Shown here: positions 12,711-25,782 of the stretch, in pieces
How the letters are laid out: every line of letters begins with the position of its first letter
How positions within the stretch are numbered: the first letter of the stretch is position 1
Assembly: GCF_006345805.1 (NCBI RefSeq)
Contig: NW_021832718.1
Span: 1 to 64,000, forward strand
Direction: 5' to 3'
DNA from: Octopus sinensis
Lineage: Eukaryota
Length of the DNA: 64,000 bases
Notes under the pieces: model-generated
What the model saw: only the letters and a program-made list of their open reading frames with translations
Told to the model about the DNA's origin: nothing
Databases searched by the model: none
Position numbers and translations under genes: made by a program

Positions 12711-12974
12711 TGATGTACGTGTGAGCATCTGATCGTGCACAAGTGTGTGGTCTAGCATGCATATTTGTGTGGTTTAGTCAGTTCAGTGAGTATGTATGTG
12801 TGTATGTGTGTATTATCTGAGTGTATTCCAGCATGTGTGTGTGCATATCTGGCAGTTCTTTTAAAGAAGCAAGAATCTGTGTGTATGCTTGCATGTATGT
12901 GTGTGGTTGTGTTCCTCTGTGTGTTTATGTGTGCATGTGTATGGTTGTGTATAGGCATTGTTCACACCTATATA

Positions 12975-13356
12975 CTCTTTACTCTTTTGTTTCAGTCATT
13001 TGACTGCGGCCATGCTGGAGCATCACCTTTAGTCGAGCAAATCGACCCCCAGAACTTATTCTTTGTAAGACTAGTACTTATTCTATCATTCTCATTTGCC
13101 GAACCGCTAAGTTATGGGGACATAAACACACCAGCATCAGTTATCAAGCGATGTTGGGGGGACAAACACAGACATATATATATACATATATACGACAGGC
13201 TTCTTTCAGTTTCCATCTACCAAATCCACTCACAAGGCTTTGGTCAGCCTGAGGCTATAGCAGGAGACACTTGCCTAAGGTGCCACGCAGTGGGACCGAA
13301 GCCGGAACCATGTGGTTCGTAGGCAAGCTACTTACCACACAGCCACTCCTACGCCT
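12975..13356 (-). mobile_element. CORE-type tRNA SINE (octopus OR-like), full length
   Basis: Minus strand AGGCGTAGGAGTGGCTGTGTGGTAAGTAGCTTG...GGCACCTTAGGCAAGTGTC (CORE-like)...GGAAACTGAAAGAAGCC...GCATGGCCGCAGTCAAATGACTGAAAC tail. Confidence 0.85.
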
Positions 13357-13669
13357 ATATGTATTTATTTGTATGCATTCCCTGATAGCCTTCTGTCATA
13401 TTTCCTACATTATCTATACTTACCCATGCCTATACATGTGCAATTGTGCATACTTACATGTATCTATTTGTATGGGTTTACTTGCATTCTACTGTTATTC
13501 TACCCTAACCTTTTTTATACCTGCCTATATCATCATACACATGCCTACCAATCCACCCACATGGACACACCCATGTATGCATATTACATGAGTGGTAATA
13601 GTAACGTTGAATTTCTACAACCTATTATCTGTATTTTCTATTCAGTATTGGTAATGTTTTGTTTATGAG

Positions 13670-14290
13670 GATATTCTAATGTATTTGTCTAATCAAAGGG
13701 TCTCTTGGATGTTTAGACAAAATATCAATGTTAATTCAGTCAACCATGCCACCATATTGATAGAGTATAGATGGCTGTCTCCTGTCATACTTCCACCAGT
13801 GTCCATTTCCTCTCTCCAAATGTATCTTGTACACCATCTCCATGCGTTTTATGCTGCAGACCACATTCCTGGTCTTACAGTTAATAGTGGAGTTAAAAGT
13901 ATAAACTACAGTTCTTATCAGTGCATGTGATCTTATCAAAGGGGCACATCTTTCATAATTGTGGATCTCACTAGTTTCTCAACAATCTTAACATTGAGTT
14001 TGGTGTTCTTCAGGGCCTTTCTAAACCTATGGGCTAACTTCTAATGCAGCACAACCTCTACAAACATCACTCCTTGATATTCATCTGCTTTATACCAAGT
14101 GTTTGCTCAGTCACAAATCCTCTGTATTTTGCTCCAATGTTTGCCCCAATGTCTAGGGCAGGTTCCACTGGCATCCTTATATCTAATTTCTTTCTAGAGA
14201 ACTGCATGCAGTGCATGAAGTCCTATGCATGTCTCTTTATTTCATATAGTTCACACAGAGGAGACATATTGTTCATTATCATAAGTCCAC
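13670..14290 (-). mobile_element. Possible degenerate Penelope-like element (GIY-YIG region)
   Basis: Minus-strand peptide TFNSTINCKTRNVVCSIK resembles the CxTxNVVYxIxC motif before GIY-YIG. Heavily decayed. Confidence 0.35.
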
Positions 14291-14726
14291 TATTACTATG
14301 TTCATGTTTACATTGTATGAGAAGTGGCATTGAACTTGTGTGTGTGTGTGTGTGTGTGTTATTGGTGTAACGATCCTCTCAAGACAGTAAAATACACATG
14401 AGTGTGTGTGTGTGTGCACATATATATATATACACACATATATATATACACATATATATATACTTATATAATATATATGGTAAGATAAAAGTTCATCGTT
14501 TAGAAATTTTTTCAATTAAAAATTATTTTTTAAGATAAGGGGAAGACCTATTATGAAAAGACAGTGTCCAAGCAAAAAAGAAGAAACCATATTTACATTC
14601 CCTATGGCCATTCCAGGGGTTCATTACCATATTTAATGCACGAAGGTGCATTACGATAATTACTCCTTCGCCAAGGGAAAATAAAAAACACATCACATAC
14701 TAGGGCGACACTTCTTTAAACAAACC

Positions 14727-15750
14727 CCAACCACTCCGAAAGTGTAGTGGGTGCTTTTACGTGCCACTAGCACGAGGGCCAGTCTGGCGGTACTGGCAAC
14801 GGCCACACTCGAAATGGTGTTTTTTATGTGCCACCTGCACAGGAGTCAGTCCAGGGGCACTGGTAATGACCTCGCTCGAATGTTTTGTTCATGTGCCAGT
14901 AAGGCAATGCAGGTAACAATCACACTCAAATGGTGATTTTTACGTGCCCACCGGCACGGAAACATGACAGCTGCTCTGGCAGTGATCTTGCTTGGATGGA
15001 GCTGTTAGCGCTCCACTGGCACAGGTGGCAGTCATCGAATTTGGTTCAATTTCGATTTCACTTGCCTCAACAGGTCTTCGCAAGCAGAGTTTAGTGTCCA
15101 AAGAAGGAAAGGTATGCATAAGTGGGCTGGCTACATCCCTGATAAAGGCCTTGAGTTATGGTCTCATTTGTCCTGCAGGGTCTTCTCCCACACAGCATAT
15201 TTCCAAAGGTCTCAGTCACTAGTCATTGCCACGGTGAGGCCTAATGTTCAAAGGTCGTGCTTTACCACCTCATCCCAGGTTTTCCTGGGTCTACCTCTTC
15301 CACAGATTCCCTCAACCACTAGGGTGTGGCACTTTTTAACACAACTATCTTCATCCATTCTCGCTACATGACCATACTAGCGCAATTGTCTCTCTTGCAC
15401 ACCCCATCTGATGCTTCTTAGGTCCAACTTTTCTCTCAAGGTACTTACACTCTGTCGAGTATGTACACTGACATTACACATCCATCGGAGCATACTGGCT
15501 TCATTCCTTGCGAGCTTACGCATGTCCTCAGCAGTCACGGCCCATGTTTCACTGCCATGTAGTATGGCTGTTTGTACACATGCGTCATACAGTCTGCCTT
15601 TTACTCTGAGTGAGAGGCCCTTTGTCACCAGCAGAGGTAAGGGTTCTCTGAACTTTGCCCAGGCTATTCTTATTCTAGTAGTTACACTTTCAGCACACCC
15701 GCTCCCCACTACTGACTTGGTTACCTAGGTAACAGAAGCTATCAACTACT
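14727..15750 (-). mobile_element. RTE LINE 3' fragment
   Basis: ORF 15377-15709: GCAESVTTRIRIAWAKFRE...LHGSETWAVT...RWMCNVS, followed by the RTE 3' UTR. Confidence 0.85.
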
Positions 15751-15789
15751 ATGTATGTACACACACACACACACACATATATATATACA

Positions 15790-15955
15790 TATATACGATG
15801 GGCTTCTTTCAGTTTCCGTCTACCAAATCCACTCACAAGACATTGGTCGGCCCGGGGCTATAGCAGAAGACACTTGCCCAAAGTGCCACGCAGTGGGACT
15901 GAACCTGGAACCATGTGGTTGGTTAGCAAGCTACTTACCACACAGCCACTCCTGC

Positions 15956-15957
<2 letters not shown>
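15790..15957 (-). mobile_element. CORE-type SINE, 5' half
   Basis: Same head and CORE sequence as 12975-13356. Confidence 0.8.
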
Positions 15958-16005
<48 letters not shown>

Positions 16006-16251
16006 TAACACCCATTTATACTCATGTGAAATGTTTGCAAAAGCCAACCACACCCTACTTAGAGACAACAAATATCAATTCCACCTAAAACAAATAAACC
16101 TTACAATGTAACAGAAAACCTGGATATATTGTAAATAAATGTAAAACAGTATAGGCAGTATAGTTCCCCCCCCCCCACCAAATGCTTTCATATATATAAA
16201 ATAGACAGAAAATGGAATTCACAGGACTCTTTATTGAGGACCACAACGATC

Positions 16252-16303
<52 letters not shown>

Positions 16304-16535
16304 TTAAAAAAGGAGAAGTGGAACACGAGTTGTGATATATAAAAAAGGAAATGAAGAAAATGCTGACAAAATAATTTAAGTAATTTAAGTAATTTAATTA
16401 GGTGAAGTTCTTTTTTCCGGTTGCGCATTTGTTATGCTTATCAAAATATATTTTTTAAAGAGAGATTAGAGTTCCTTTCTGATAGATTTTTTCCTCTTAT
16501 CATGCAGATAAGAGGAAAAAATCTATCAGAAAGGA

Positions 16536-18713
16536 ACAGTTCCTTAGTAGTTAAGGCAATTACAAGCATGAAAACAGGGAAAGCCCCAGGCCCATCAGGA
16601 ATTACTGCAGAGATGCTCAAAATATCTGGTAGTGTCGGCTATAGCCTAGTCACTCGTATAGTTAACCAGGTGATACACGAAGGAGTCATACCCAATGACT
16701 GGTGTAGCAGCATAATAGTCAACTGTTACAAAGGTAAAGGTGACGCCCTTGATACAAATAACTACAGGGGTATCAAGCTGTTGGATCAGGTAATGAAGGT
16801 TACGGAGAGGGTTATAGCCCAACTAATTAGAGAGAGAGTTAGCTTAGATGAGATGCAGTTTGGGTTCGTGCTAGGGAAAAATACTACTGATGCTATATTC
16901 CTGGTAAGACAGCTGCAGGAGAAATACCTAGCCAAAGACAAGCCCCAATACCTGGCTTTTGTTGATATGGAGAAAGCCTTCGACAGGGTCCCCCGATCTC
17001 TTATCTGGTGGTCAATGAGGAAACTAGGGATAGATGAATGGTTAGTGAGAGCTGTACAAGCCATGTACAGAGATGCTGCTAGCAAGGTGAGGGTTGGCAT
17101 CGAGTACAGTGAAGAATTCCGGGTAGAGGTTGGGGTCCACCAAGGTTCAGTCCTCAGTCCCCTCCTATTTATCATAGTCCTCCAGGCAATAACGGAGGAA
17201 TTCAAGACAGGATGCCCCTGGGAGCTCCTCTATGCTGATGACCTTGCTCTAATTGCTGAGTCTCTATCAGAACTGGAGGAGAAGTTTCAGGTGTGGAAGC
17301 AAGGTTTAGAATCGAAGGGCCTTAGAATCAACCTAGCCAAAACCAAAGTCCTAATATGTAGGAAGGTAGACCAATCACAAACGCCTTCAGGTAGATGGCC
17401 CTGCTCGATCTGTAGAAAAGGCGTAGGTAGAAACTCTATAAGATGCACTAAATGTAAGCTATGGACACATAAGAGATGTAGTAATGTCAAAGGAAGACTA
17501 ACTAGGAAAATAGTTTTTATCTGTGGCAGATGCTCAGGAGCAATAAACTCTGAAAATATGCAGAGACCAACTTCTACCACGTTCCAGGGAGAAAAACTAG
17601 AAGTAGTTGATAGCTTCCGTTACCTAGGTGACCAAGTCAGTAGCGGGGGTGGGTGTGCTGAAAGTGTAACTGCTAGAGCAAGAATAGCCTGGGCAAAGTT
17701 TATAGAGCTCTTAACCCCTGCTGGTGACAAAAGGCCTCTCGCTCAGAGTAAAAGGCAGACTGTATGATGCATGTGTACGTACAGCCATGCTACATGGTAG
17801 TGAAACATGGGCTGTGACTGCTGAGGATTTGCGTAAGCTCGCAAGAAATGAAGCTAGTATGCTCCGATGGATGTGTAATGTCAGTGTTCATAATCGACAG
17901 AGTGTAAGTACCTTGAGAGAAAAGTTGGACCTAAGAAGCATCAGTTGTTGTGTGCAAGAGAGACGATTGCGCTGGTATGGTCATGTGGCGAGAATGGATG
18001 AAGATAGGGGTGTGAAAAAGTGCCACACCCTGGCAGTTGAGGGGACCTGTGGAAGAGGTAGACCCAGGAAAACCTGGGACGAGGTGGTGAAGCACGACCT
18101 TCGAACTTTAGGTCTCACTAAGGAACCGAGACCTTTGGAAGTATGCTGTGCGTGAGAAGACCCGGCAAGACCAATGAGAACAGTCAGAATCAAAATCAAA
18201 ATGAAAATCAAACCAAATCAAATCAGATATCAGAAAGCAGAACCAAAATTGAGGTAGATCAGCATCAGTGGAAGTTGCAGCTGTGGTTAAGCGAACCATC
18301 CGATCGTGGCCGTTGCCGGCGCCGCCCCAACTGGCCTCCGTGCCGGTGGCACATAAAAGCACCTTCCGTTCGTGTCTGCTGCCAGCCTCGCCTGGCCCCC
18401 GTGCCGGTGGCACGTAAAAAGCACCATCCGCTCATGTCCATTGCCAGCCTCGCCCGGCCCCTGTGCCAGTGGCACGTAAAAGCACCATCCGTTCGTGGCC
18501 GTTTGCCAGCTTCGTCTGGCACCTGTGCGAGTGGCATGTAAAAAGCACCTACTACACTCACGGAGTGGTTGGCGTTAGGAAGGGCATCCAGCCGTAGAAA
18601 CACTGCCAGATCTGACTGGGCCTGATGCAGACTTCCGGCTTCACAGACCCCAGTAGAACCGTCCAACCCATGCTAGCATGGAAAACGGACGCTAAATGAT
18701 GATGATGATGATG
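16536..18713 (+). mobile_element. 5'-truncated RTE-clade LINE (RT domain, Cys/His finger, 3' UTR, (GAT)n tail)
   Basis: ORF 16421-17767 carries RT motifs (KAPGPSG, NYRGIKLL, AFVDMEKAFDRVP, GVHQGSVLSPLLF, LLYADDL). A frameshift leads to ORF 17724-18155 (LRWYGHV..R). The tail is ATGATGATG. Confidence 0.95.
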
Positions 18714-18717
18714 AGGA

Positions 18718-18770
<53 letters not shown>

Positions 18771-18774
<4 letters not shown>

Positions 18775-19255
18775 TTATGATCTAAAATGCTCCAGCTAGG
18801 GCGTGGTTGAACAAATCTTACGAAATTGAAACATATTCATTATTGAATAGAAATCTAATCTCTTTCTCCCCTAAATATTTAACTTTCTAAGTAAAGCGGC
18901 AACGTGACTTAACTATGAGAATGAGAGGGAGAGACTAAGAGTGAGAGGGCGGGGAGGGAGGGAGAGGCAGACAGACAGGCATTGTCCGATATTTTTTAGT
19001 TGTTGCGTTGTTATATCTCTCTATGCTTTATTGCACCCACCCTCTGCCTGTCTGTCTGCCTCTCCCTCCCTCCCCGCCCTCTCACTCTTAGTCTCTCCCT
19101 CTCATTTTCATAGTTAAGTCACGTTGCCGCTTTACTTAGAAAGTTAAATATTTAGAGGAGAAACAGATTAGATTTCTATTCAATAATGAATATGGTTCAA
19201 TTTCGTAAGATTTGTTCAACCACGCCCTAGCTGGAGCATTTTAGATCATAAAACA
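18771..19255. mobile_element. MITE / foldback element, 211-bp TIRs, 63-bp spacer, inserted in a TA microsatellite
   Basis: TGTTTTATGATCTAAAATGC... (18771-18981) is the reverse complement of 19045-19255 (...GATCATAAAACA). TA on both sides. Confidence 0.9.
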
Positions 19256-19740
<485 letters not shown>

Positions 19741-19759
19741 TATAGGTATATGTATAAGC

Positions 19760-21400
19760 AGCAGGAGTTGGACTCCATTTATAGATTGGCTGAGGATAAT
19801 AATATGCAGTTTAACCCTTTCATTACTATATTTCTGACCAAAATACACCCCTCATGAGTTTCAATTAAATTCTAAAATAATCATGAATCTAGGCTTGTTT
19901 CATTAAATAACTGTAACTTTTTTACTTATCAACATTTTAATGTGATATTTGGAACATAATTAAAGAAAGGTTTCTTAATCAATTCTATTGCATAACTTTT
20001 GTCTCAAAGTGACTTTAATTACAGGTAAATCGAGGTAAATTGAGCAAAAGGTAAAAATATTAAAATTTTAAATTCAACAAAAGGTAAAAATATTAAAATT
20101 TTGTTTCAACATCACCATAGAAAATGAATCATCAACTAATATTCAAATGGGTATGCAACAAAATTTTGATAAAGAAGAATTGTGCACATCACTATATCAT
20201 CAGTTGAATTTAATGCACAACAGATGTACCATAAAGGTGGAATAAAGTGAAATACTGGAATTCACCGCAAGTTTGACCGAACTAAAGAAATCGGTCAAAA
20301 AATAATATACGGCTCTGGTTATGGTATGGAAGTGATAAATTCCAGACCACATCGTTCCCTAGGCCATGATGACTAACATTATTTTCCCTGTATAAAAACT
20401 AAATCCACAACAGTACCCAGTATTTGCTTCACAAATTTTCCGAAATTTGAACCCCCATTTTGTCTTTGTTTACATTTTGCGTAAGTTTGTTTCCGCATTG
20501 ATCGCTTCAAACAATAACTTCCAGACCACATCATACCCTAAGCCATGCTGACTAACATTAGTTTCCCTGTATAAAAACTAAATCCACAACAGTACCCAGT
20601 ATTTGCTTCACAAATTTTCCAATTCAGAATCAATGCTTGATAACATGAAACTCCAATCCATTTTCAAAGTTGAAGAAAAATCGATGCCGAAAAAAATGTG
20701 GAAAAAAATCTCCCAAAATTCAGGGAATTAAAATTACACGTCGATCGTTGTACAAAACTGTAGATGAACTGTTTACGAAGTATAATCACGTGTTTTCACG
20801 AATGTACTAAAGAGATTTGCTCTGATATTCTCATTTAAATATGAATAGGTAAATTCGGGCGGCTTTGGGTGGTTTGGTCACATTAACCAAAATCTTTTTG
20901 GGGCGGCTTTGGGCTGTTTGGTCACATTAACCAAAATTTTTTCGGGCGGCTTTGGGCGGTTTGGTAACGAAAGGGTTAATGCCAAAAAATTCCAAGCCCT
21001 GCGCCACCAGCATCAAAACCTAACTTACAGGGTACACTGGTCCACAGGGAATTTCAACCCCAGAGCCTAAGTCAGTGAGGGACCTGGGTATAGACATGAG
21101 TGATGATACCTCTTTCCAAGTGCTCATTACCAGGATGGCGACAAAGTGCAGACGACTGGCTGGATGGATCCTAAGAACATTCCGAACCAGAGATAAGGAA
21201 ACCATGATGGTCCACTAGCAGACATTCGTCCTCAGCCGCCTAGATTATTGCTCACAGCTACGGCCACCCACCAGTGTGAAATTAACAGTGGACCTTGAAG
21301 CAATCCAGAGAAGATTCACAAAGAAGATCGTCTCTTTGTAACAGCTCAGCTACTGGGAAAGTTTGAAACACTTAAGACTCTACTCCCTGGAGAGAAGCGA
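19760..21400 (+). mobile_element. CR1-group LINE fragment split by the piggyBac
   Basis: 19760-19814 plus 20980-21400 rejoin to ...GGCTGAGGATAATAATATGCAGTTTAA|TGCC...TTCCAAGCCCTGCGC, colinear with the uninterrupted CR1 at 29290-29370. Confidence 0.8.
19815..20975 (-). mobile_element. Non-autonomous piggyBac deletion derivative
   Basis: TTAA TSD (19811-19814 / 20976-20979) and TIR CCCTTTC(A/G)TTAC...GTAACGAAAGGG. Minus-strand remnants KWGFKFRKICEANTGYCCGFSFYTGK (present twice, near 20340-20460 and 20520-20620) and SLPYHNQSRILFFDRF. About 46-bp subterminal repeats at 20850-20965. Confidence 0.9.
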
Positions 21401-21446
21401 AGTTTAGTGTCCAATGAGAGACATGTACAGATATATACATATACAT

Positions 21447-21479
<33 letters not shown>

Positions 21480-21649
21480 CATACATATGTATATATACAC
21501 ACACACAGTTTATATCCATTTAAAAGGAAAAAAGAAGATGGGTCCATATATAACATCAAAAGGAGCAGCTTTTTTTCTCTGATGAAATTATACTCATGTC
21601 ACATAAATGCAATATTAATGTACAAATTTGTAAATTAATTTATTGAAAC

Positions 21650-22198
21650 TGTAACGGGAACTAATATACCTCCTGCACTTGCTGGGTGCAAGTGGTGCAA
21701 TCACTTTCCGTTGCTTTTAATATCCAGATTCTACCAGTCAGAAACAACAAGACGCAAACGTAAAAAAAATATATACTTTATTCTCTTATAACGGTAAGAA
21801 ATAAGTGGTATATCTGGTTCCGCTTGGTATGGATGTGTCAGAGCTGAACTTTATCGCTTGTAATCTTTTACAATGTTCAAATGCAAACAACACTGGCCAA
21901 GATGGCGTCCGGAGGGAGAAGATGATGTGGTCTGCAACAAATGTCAGGTTGAAAGTCTTCTGCTGACTGCTGCTATAACAAATCCGGAGAGAGAGAGAGA
22001 GTTACACGTCTGGTGCCTTCGACCGCTGTGCCTCAAGTCGCCGCTGACTGCTGCTATTTCTCTCTCCGTCTCTGTACGCCCTGTCAAGGGGTTCCTTCGC
22101 CCAATCAGCTAACGACACATAAGCTAATTCCCTCTTCCGGTCTTCGCGTATGCGCGAGAGGGCGTCGCGCGCGCGCGCTGTTGGATAGCGTCAGTACA
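21650..22198. mobile_element. Solo LTR (second family), 549 bp
   Basis: TGTAACGGG...CAGTACA with 4-bp TSD AAAC (21646-21649 / 22199-22202). CpG-rich interior with CAAGATGGCG and CTTCCGG motifs. Confidence 0.8.
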
Positions 22199-23310
22199 AA
22201 ACAATTGTAAGCAGCGAAGATGACCACTTTGTAAGCAATAAACAACTATCAACTTCCTTATCTCCATTTTCTTTTCTTTTTTGAAATGGATATAAACTAT
22301 ATTCTTAATATATACCTATTGTTTTAAAGGTATTTCATTGCCCCAAAATACCAGTGTTTCCTTGAATGCAACCATCCCTTCACAAGGTTAACATATCCCC
22401 TAATTATATACTTATATGTATATACATTCAATTTATATATATATGTATATATGAGTATATGCATGTATGTATAGACAGATAGATGAATTGATGGATAGGT
22501 GTGAGCGTATACATATTTCGGTCTTACCTATTTTTTCTAAATACATACACCCACATACATTCATACATACGTGTTTCTAAATTGACGGAAAAGGTTGACC
22601 TAAGATTTGAATAGGGATAAGAAATTCAATGACAATAAATTGAGATATTTTAGAATTGTTAAAGAAAAGAAATAGTGAGTCAGCATTTGAATGTGTGTTT
22701 CATTGTGTAAGAAATGGCAGGTACGCAGATAGCTATGTATATGTACATATATACGGATATAAATACATGTGTATGAATGTACGTGGGTGTATGTGTACAG
22801 TTGTATTTGTATTTAAGTATGTTGTTGTTTACGTTTGCACACATATGTGTGTGTGTGTATACCTATGTTTGGATTTATACGTGTATGTATGATTGTTTGT
22901 AGTTATGTATATATGTAAACATGAATTTTTCGTGTATGTATATATGGTGAAGATGACGATGGTTATCCACTCATGAGTAAAAAAGGCCATCAATGACCAT
23001 CTACCATGTGAAATTTCTGCAAGGACAGTTCTAAGTAGTATTGTGTTCATGGTCAGCTTTATTCAGATTCGCAGCTGTGGCCTTCATGCATGCCGCAGGG
23101 CCCACCTAATTGACCAAGTATCGTAAATGACACTTACCTAGCGATTGTACAACCTAGAATTTTAAATCCAATAAGGCTTGGCTGACCCCTTACTGATCCT
23201 TTGCACCCTGTTGACATGATCCAGAGACACGCCAGGACAAGCTATCAAATGCCAATGTGAGGGCACTATGATCCCATGTGCAAGCAAAAACACCGCCATA
23301 AACTGAGGTG

Positions 23311-23343
<33 letters not shown>

Positions 23344-23490
23344 GGCACACATATACACATACATGCACATATTATGGATGTATACATACATACTTCAACA
23401 TTTTAAACACATATAGACACATTCTTTGGGGGAAGCAGTGGGAAGGTATGGTGTTTTGAGTAGTATAGTTTGTATATATAAATATATATT

Positions 23491-23557
<67 letters not shown>

Positions 23558-23654
23558 CCTATATATAATGATACTATATTTATATATGTATGTATGTATA
23601 TGTATATATATATATGTGTGTGTGTATATGTATATATATATATATATATATATA

Positions 23655-24058
23655 CTCTTTTACTCTTTACTCTTTTACTTGTTTCAGTCATTTGACTGCG
23701 GCCATGCTGGAGCACCACCTTTAGTCGAGCAAATCGACCACGGGACTTATTCTATCGGTCTCTTTTGCCGAACCGCTAAGTTACGGGGACGTAAACACAC
23801 CAGCATCGGTTGTCAAGCAATGCTAGGGGGACAAACACGGACATACAAACATATACACACAAACACACATATATATATATATATACATATATACGACAGG
23901 CTTCTTTCAGTTTCCGTCTACGAAATCCACTCACAAGGCATTGGTCGGCCCGGGGCTATAGCAGAAGACACTTGCCCAAGATGCCACGCAGTGGGACTGA
24001 ACCCGGAACCATGTGGTTGGTTAGCAAGCTACTTACCACACAGCCACTCCTGCGCCTA
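23655..24058 (-). mobile_element. CORE-type SINE, full length
   Basis: Same family as 12975-13356, embedded between (TA)n tracts. Confidence 0.85.
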
Positions 24059-24100
24059 TATATATATATGTATATGTATATATGTATGTACATGTATATA

Positions 24101-24152
<52 letters not shown>

Positions 24153-24154
24153 AT

Positions 24155-24562
24155 TTATTATATAGAAGGAGCTTCTACAGGACTAGAACTGTTTCATTCA
24201 AGAGAAATCTTCAGGAAGCTAGTTAACAAGAATTGTATTGGCATTTATACATTTAGGCAGGTTTAAAGGGGTGGTGGTGGGGGACTATTTGGGGGTAGGC
24301 ATAGCGCAAAAAAATCATACTTGGGGGAGTGGTCAAGGAGTCAGTGGTAAAGTAGATAGAAGAATTTACCACTGACTCCTTGACCACTCCCCCAAGAGTG
24401 ATTTTTTTGCGCTATGCCTACCCTCAAATAGTCCCCCACCACCACCCCTTTAAACCTGCCTAAATGTATAAATGCCAATACAATTCTTGTTAACTAGCTT
24501 CCTGAAGATTTCTCTTGAATGAAACAGTTCTAGTCCTGTAGAAGCTCCTTCTATATAATAAA
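24155..24562. repeat. Foldback element (about 197-bp arms, 13-bp spacer)
   Basis: TTATTATATAGAAGGAGCTTCTACAGG...CAGTGGTAAA (24155-24351) is mirrored at 24365-24562. Confidence 0.9.
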
Positions 24563-24629
24563 TTAATTTTACTCTGCTATGTATTGAGTACCTTATTTAC
24601 TGTGGTTAACCCCGAATCAACTCGGGACT

Positions 24630-24671
<42 letters not shown>

Positions 24672-24690
24672 AATATATATATATATATAT

Positions 24691-25782
24691 TGTCACCAGC
24701 AGCGCTCTTGCCTCTGCTGGTGACAAAAGGCCTCTCGTATAGAGTAAAAGGCAGACTGTATGACGCGTGTGTATGAACAGCCATGCTACATGGTAGTGAA
24801 ACATGGGCCGTGACTGCTGAGGATATGCGTAAGCTCGCAAGAAATGAAGCCAGTATGCTCCAATAGATGTGTAATGTCAGTGTTCATACCCGACGGAGTG
24901 TAAGTACCTTGAGAGAAAAGTTGGACCTAAGAAGCATTAGATGTGATGTGCAAGAGAGACGTTTGCGCTGGTATGGACATGTGGCGAGAATGGATGAAGA
25001 TAGTTGTGTGAAAAAGTGCCACACCCTAGCGGTTGAGGGGACCTGTGGAAGAGGCAGACCCAGGAAAACCTGGGACGAGGTGGTGAAGCACGACCTTCGA
25101 ACTTTAGGTCTCACTGAGGAAATGACTAGAGACCAAGACCTCTGGAAGTATGCTGTGCGTGAGAAGACCCGGCAGGACAAGTGAGACCATAACCCGTGGC
25201 CTTCTACATGGGATGTAGTCAGCCCACTTATGCATACCTTCCCTTCTTGGGACACAAAACTCTACTCGTGAAGACCTGTTGAGGCAAGTGAGAATCAGAA
25301 TCGAAATCGATCAAAGGAAATTGCAGCTGAGTTACCAGTGCCGGTGCAACGTAAGAGAACCATCAGAACGTGGCCGTTGCCAGCGCCGCCCCGACTGGCC
25401 TCGTGCCGGTGGCACGTAAAAAGCACCATCCGTTTCGTGGCTGTTGCCAGCGCCGCCCCGACTGGCCACTTGCTGGTGGCACGTAAAAAGCACCATCCGT
25501 TCATGGCCGTTGCCAGCCTCGCCTGGCCCCCGTGCCGGTGGCACATAAAAAGTACCATCCGATCGTGGCCGTTTGCCAGACTCATCTGGCACGTAAAAAG
25601 CACCCACTACACTCATGGAGTGGTTGGCGTTAGGAAGGGCATCCAGCCGTAGAAACATTGCCAGATCAAACTGGGCCTGGTGCAGCCTTCTAGCATCCCA
25701 GACCCCAGTTAAACCATCCAACCCATGCTAGCATGGAAAGCGGACGCTAAACAATGATGATGATGATGATGATGATGATGAT
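24691..25782 (+). mobile_element. RTE LINE 3' fragment, copy 1 of a 1707-bp tandem duplication
   Basis: ORF 24867-25184 (RWYGHVARM...GRPRKTWDEVV), 3' UTR repeats, (GAT)n tail. Confidence 0.9.

Noticed and set aside
12975-13356. tRNA-like A/B box sequences in SINE heads (many copies)
   Set aside because: They continue into CORE or Nin/Deu bodies and tails and show no complete cloverleaf, so they are SINEs and not tRNA genes.
25330-25620. Regular ~60-bp repeats resembling a CRISPR-like array
   Set aside because: The whole units are similar with no unique spacers. They are the RTE 3' UTR repeats in a eukaryotic context.
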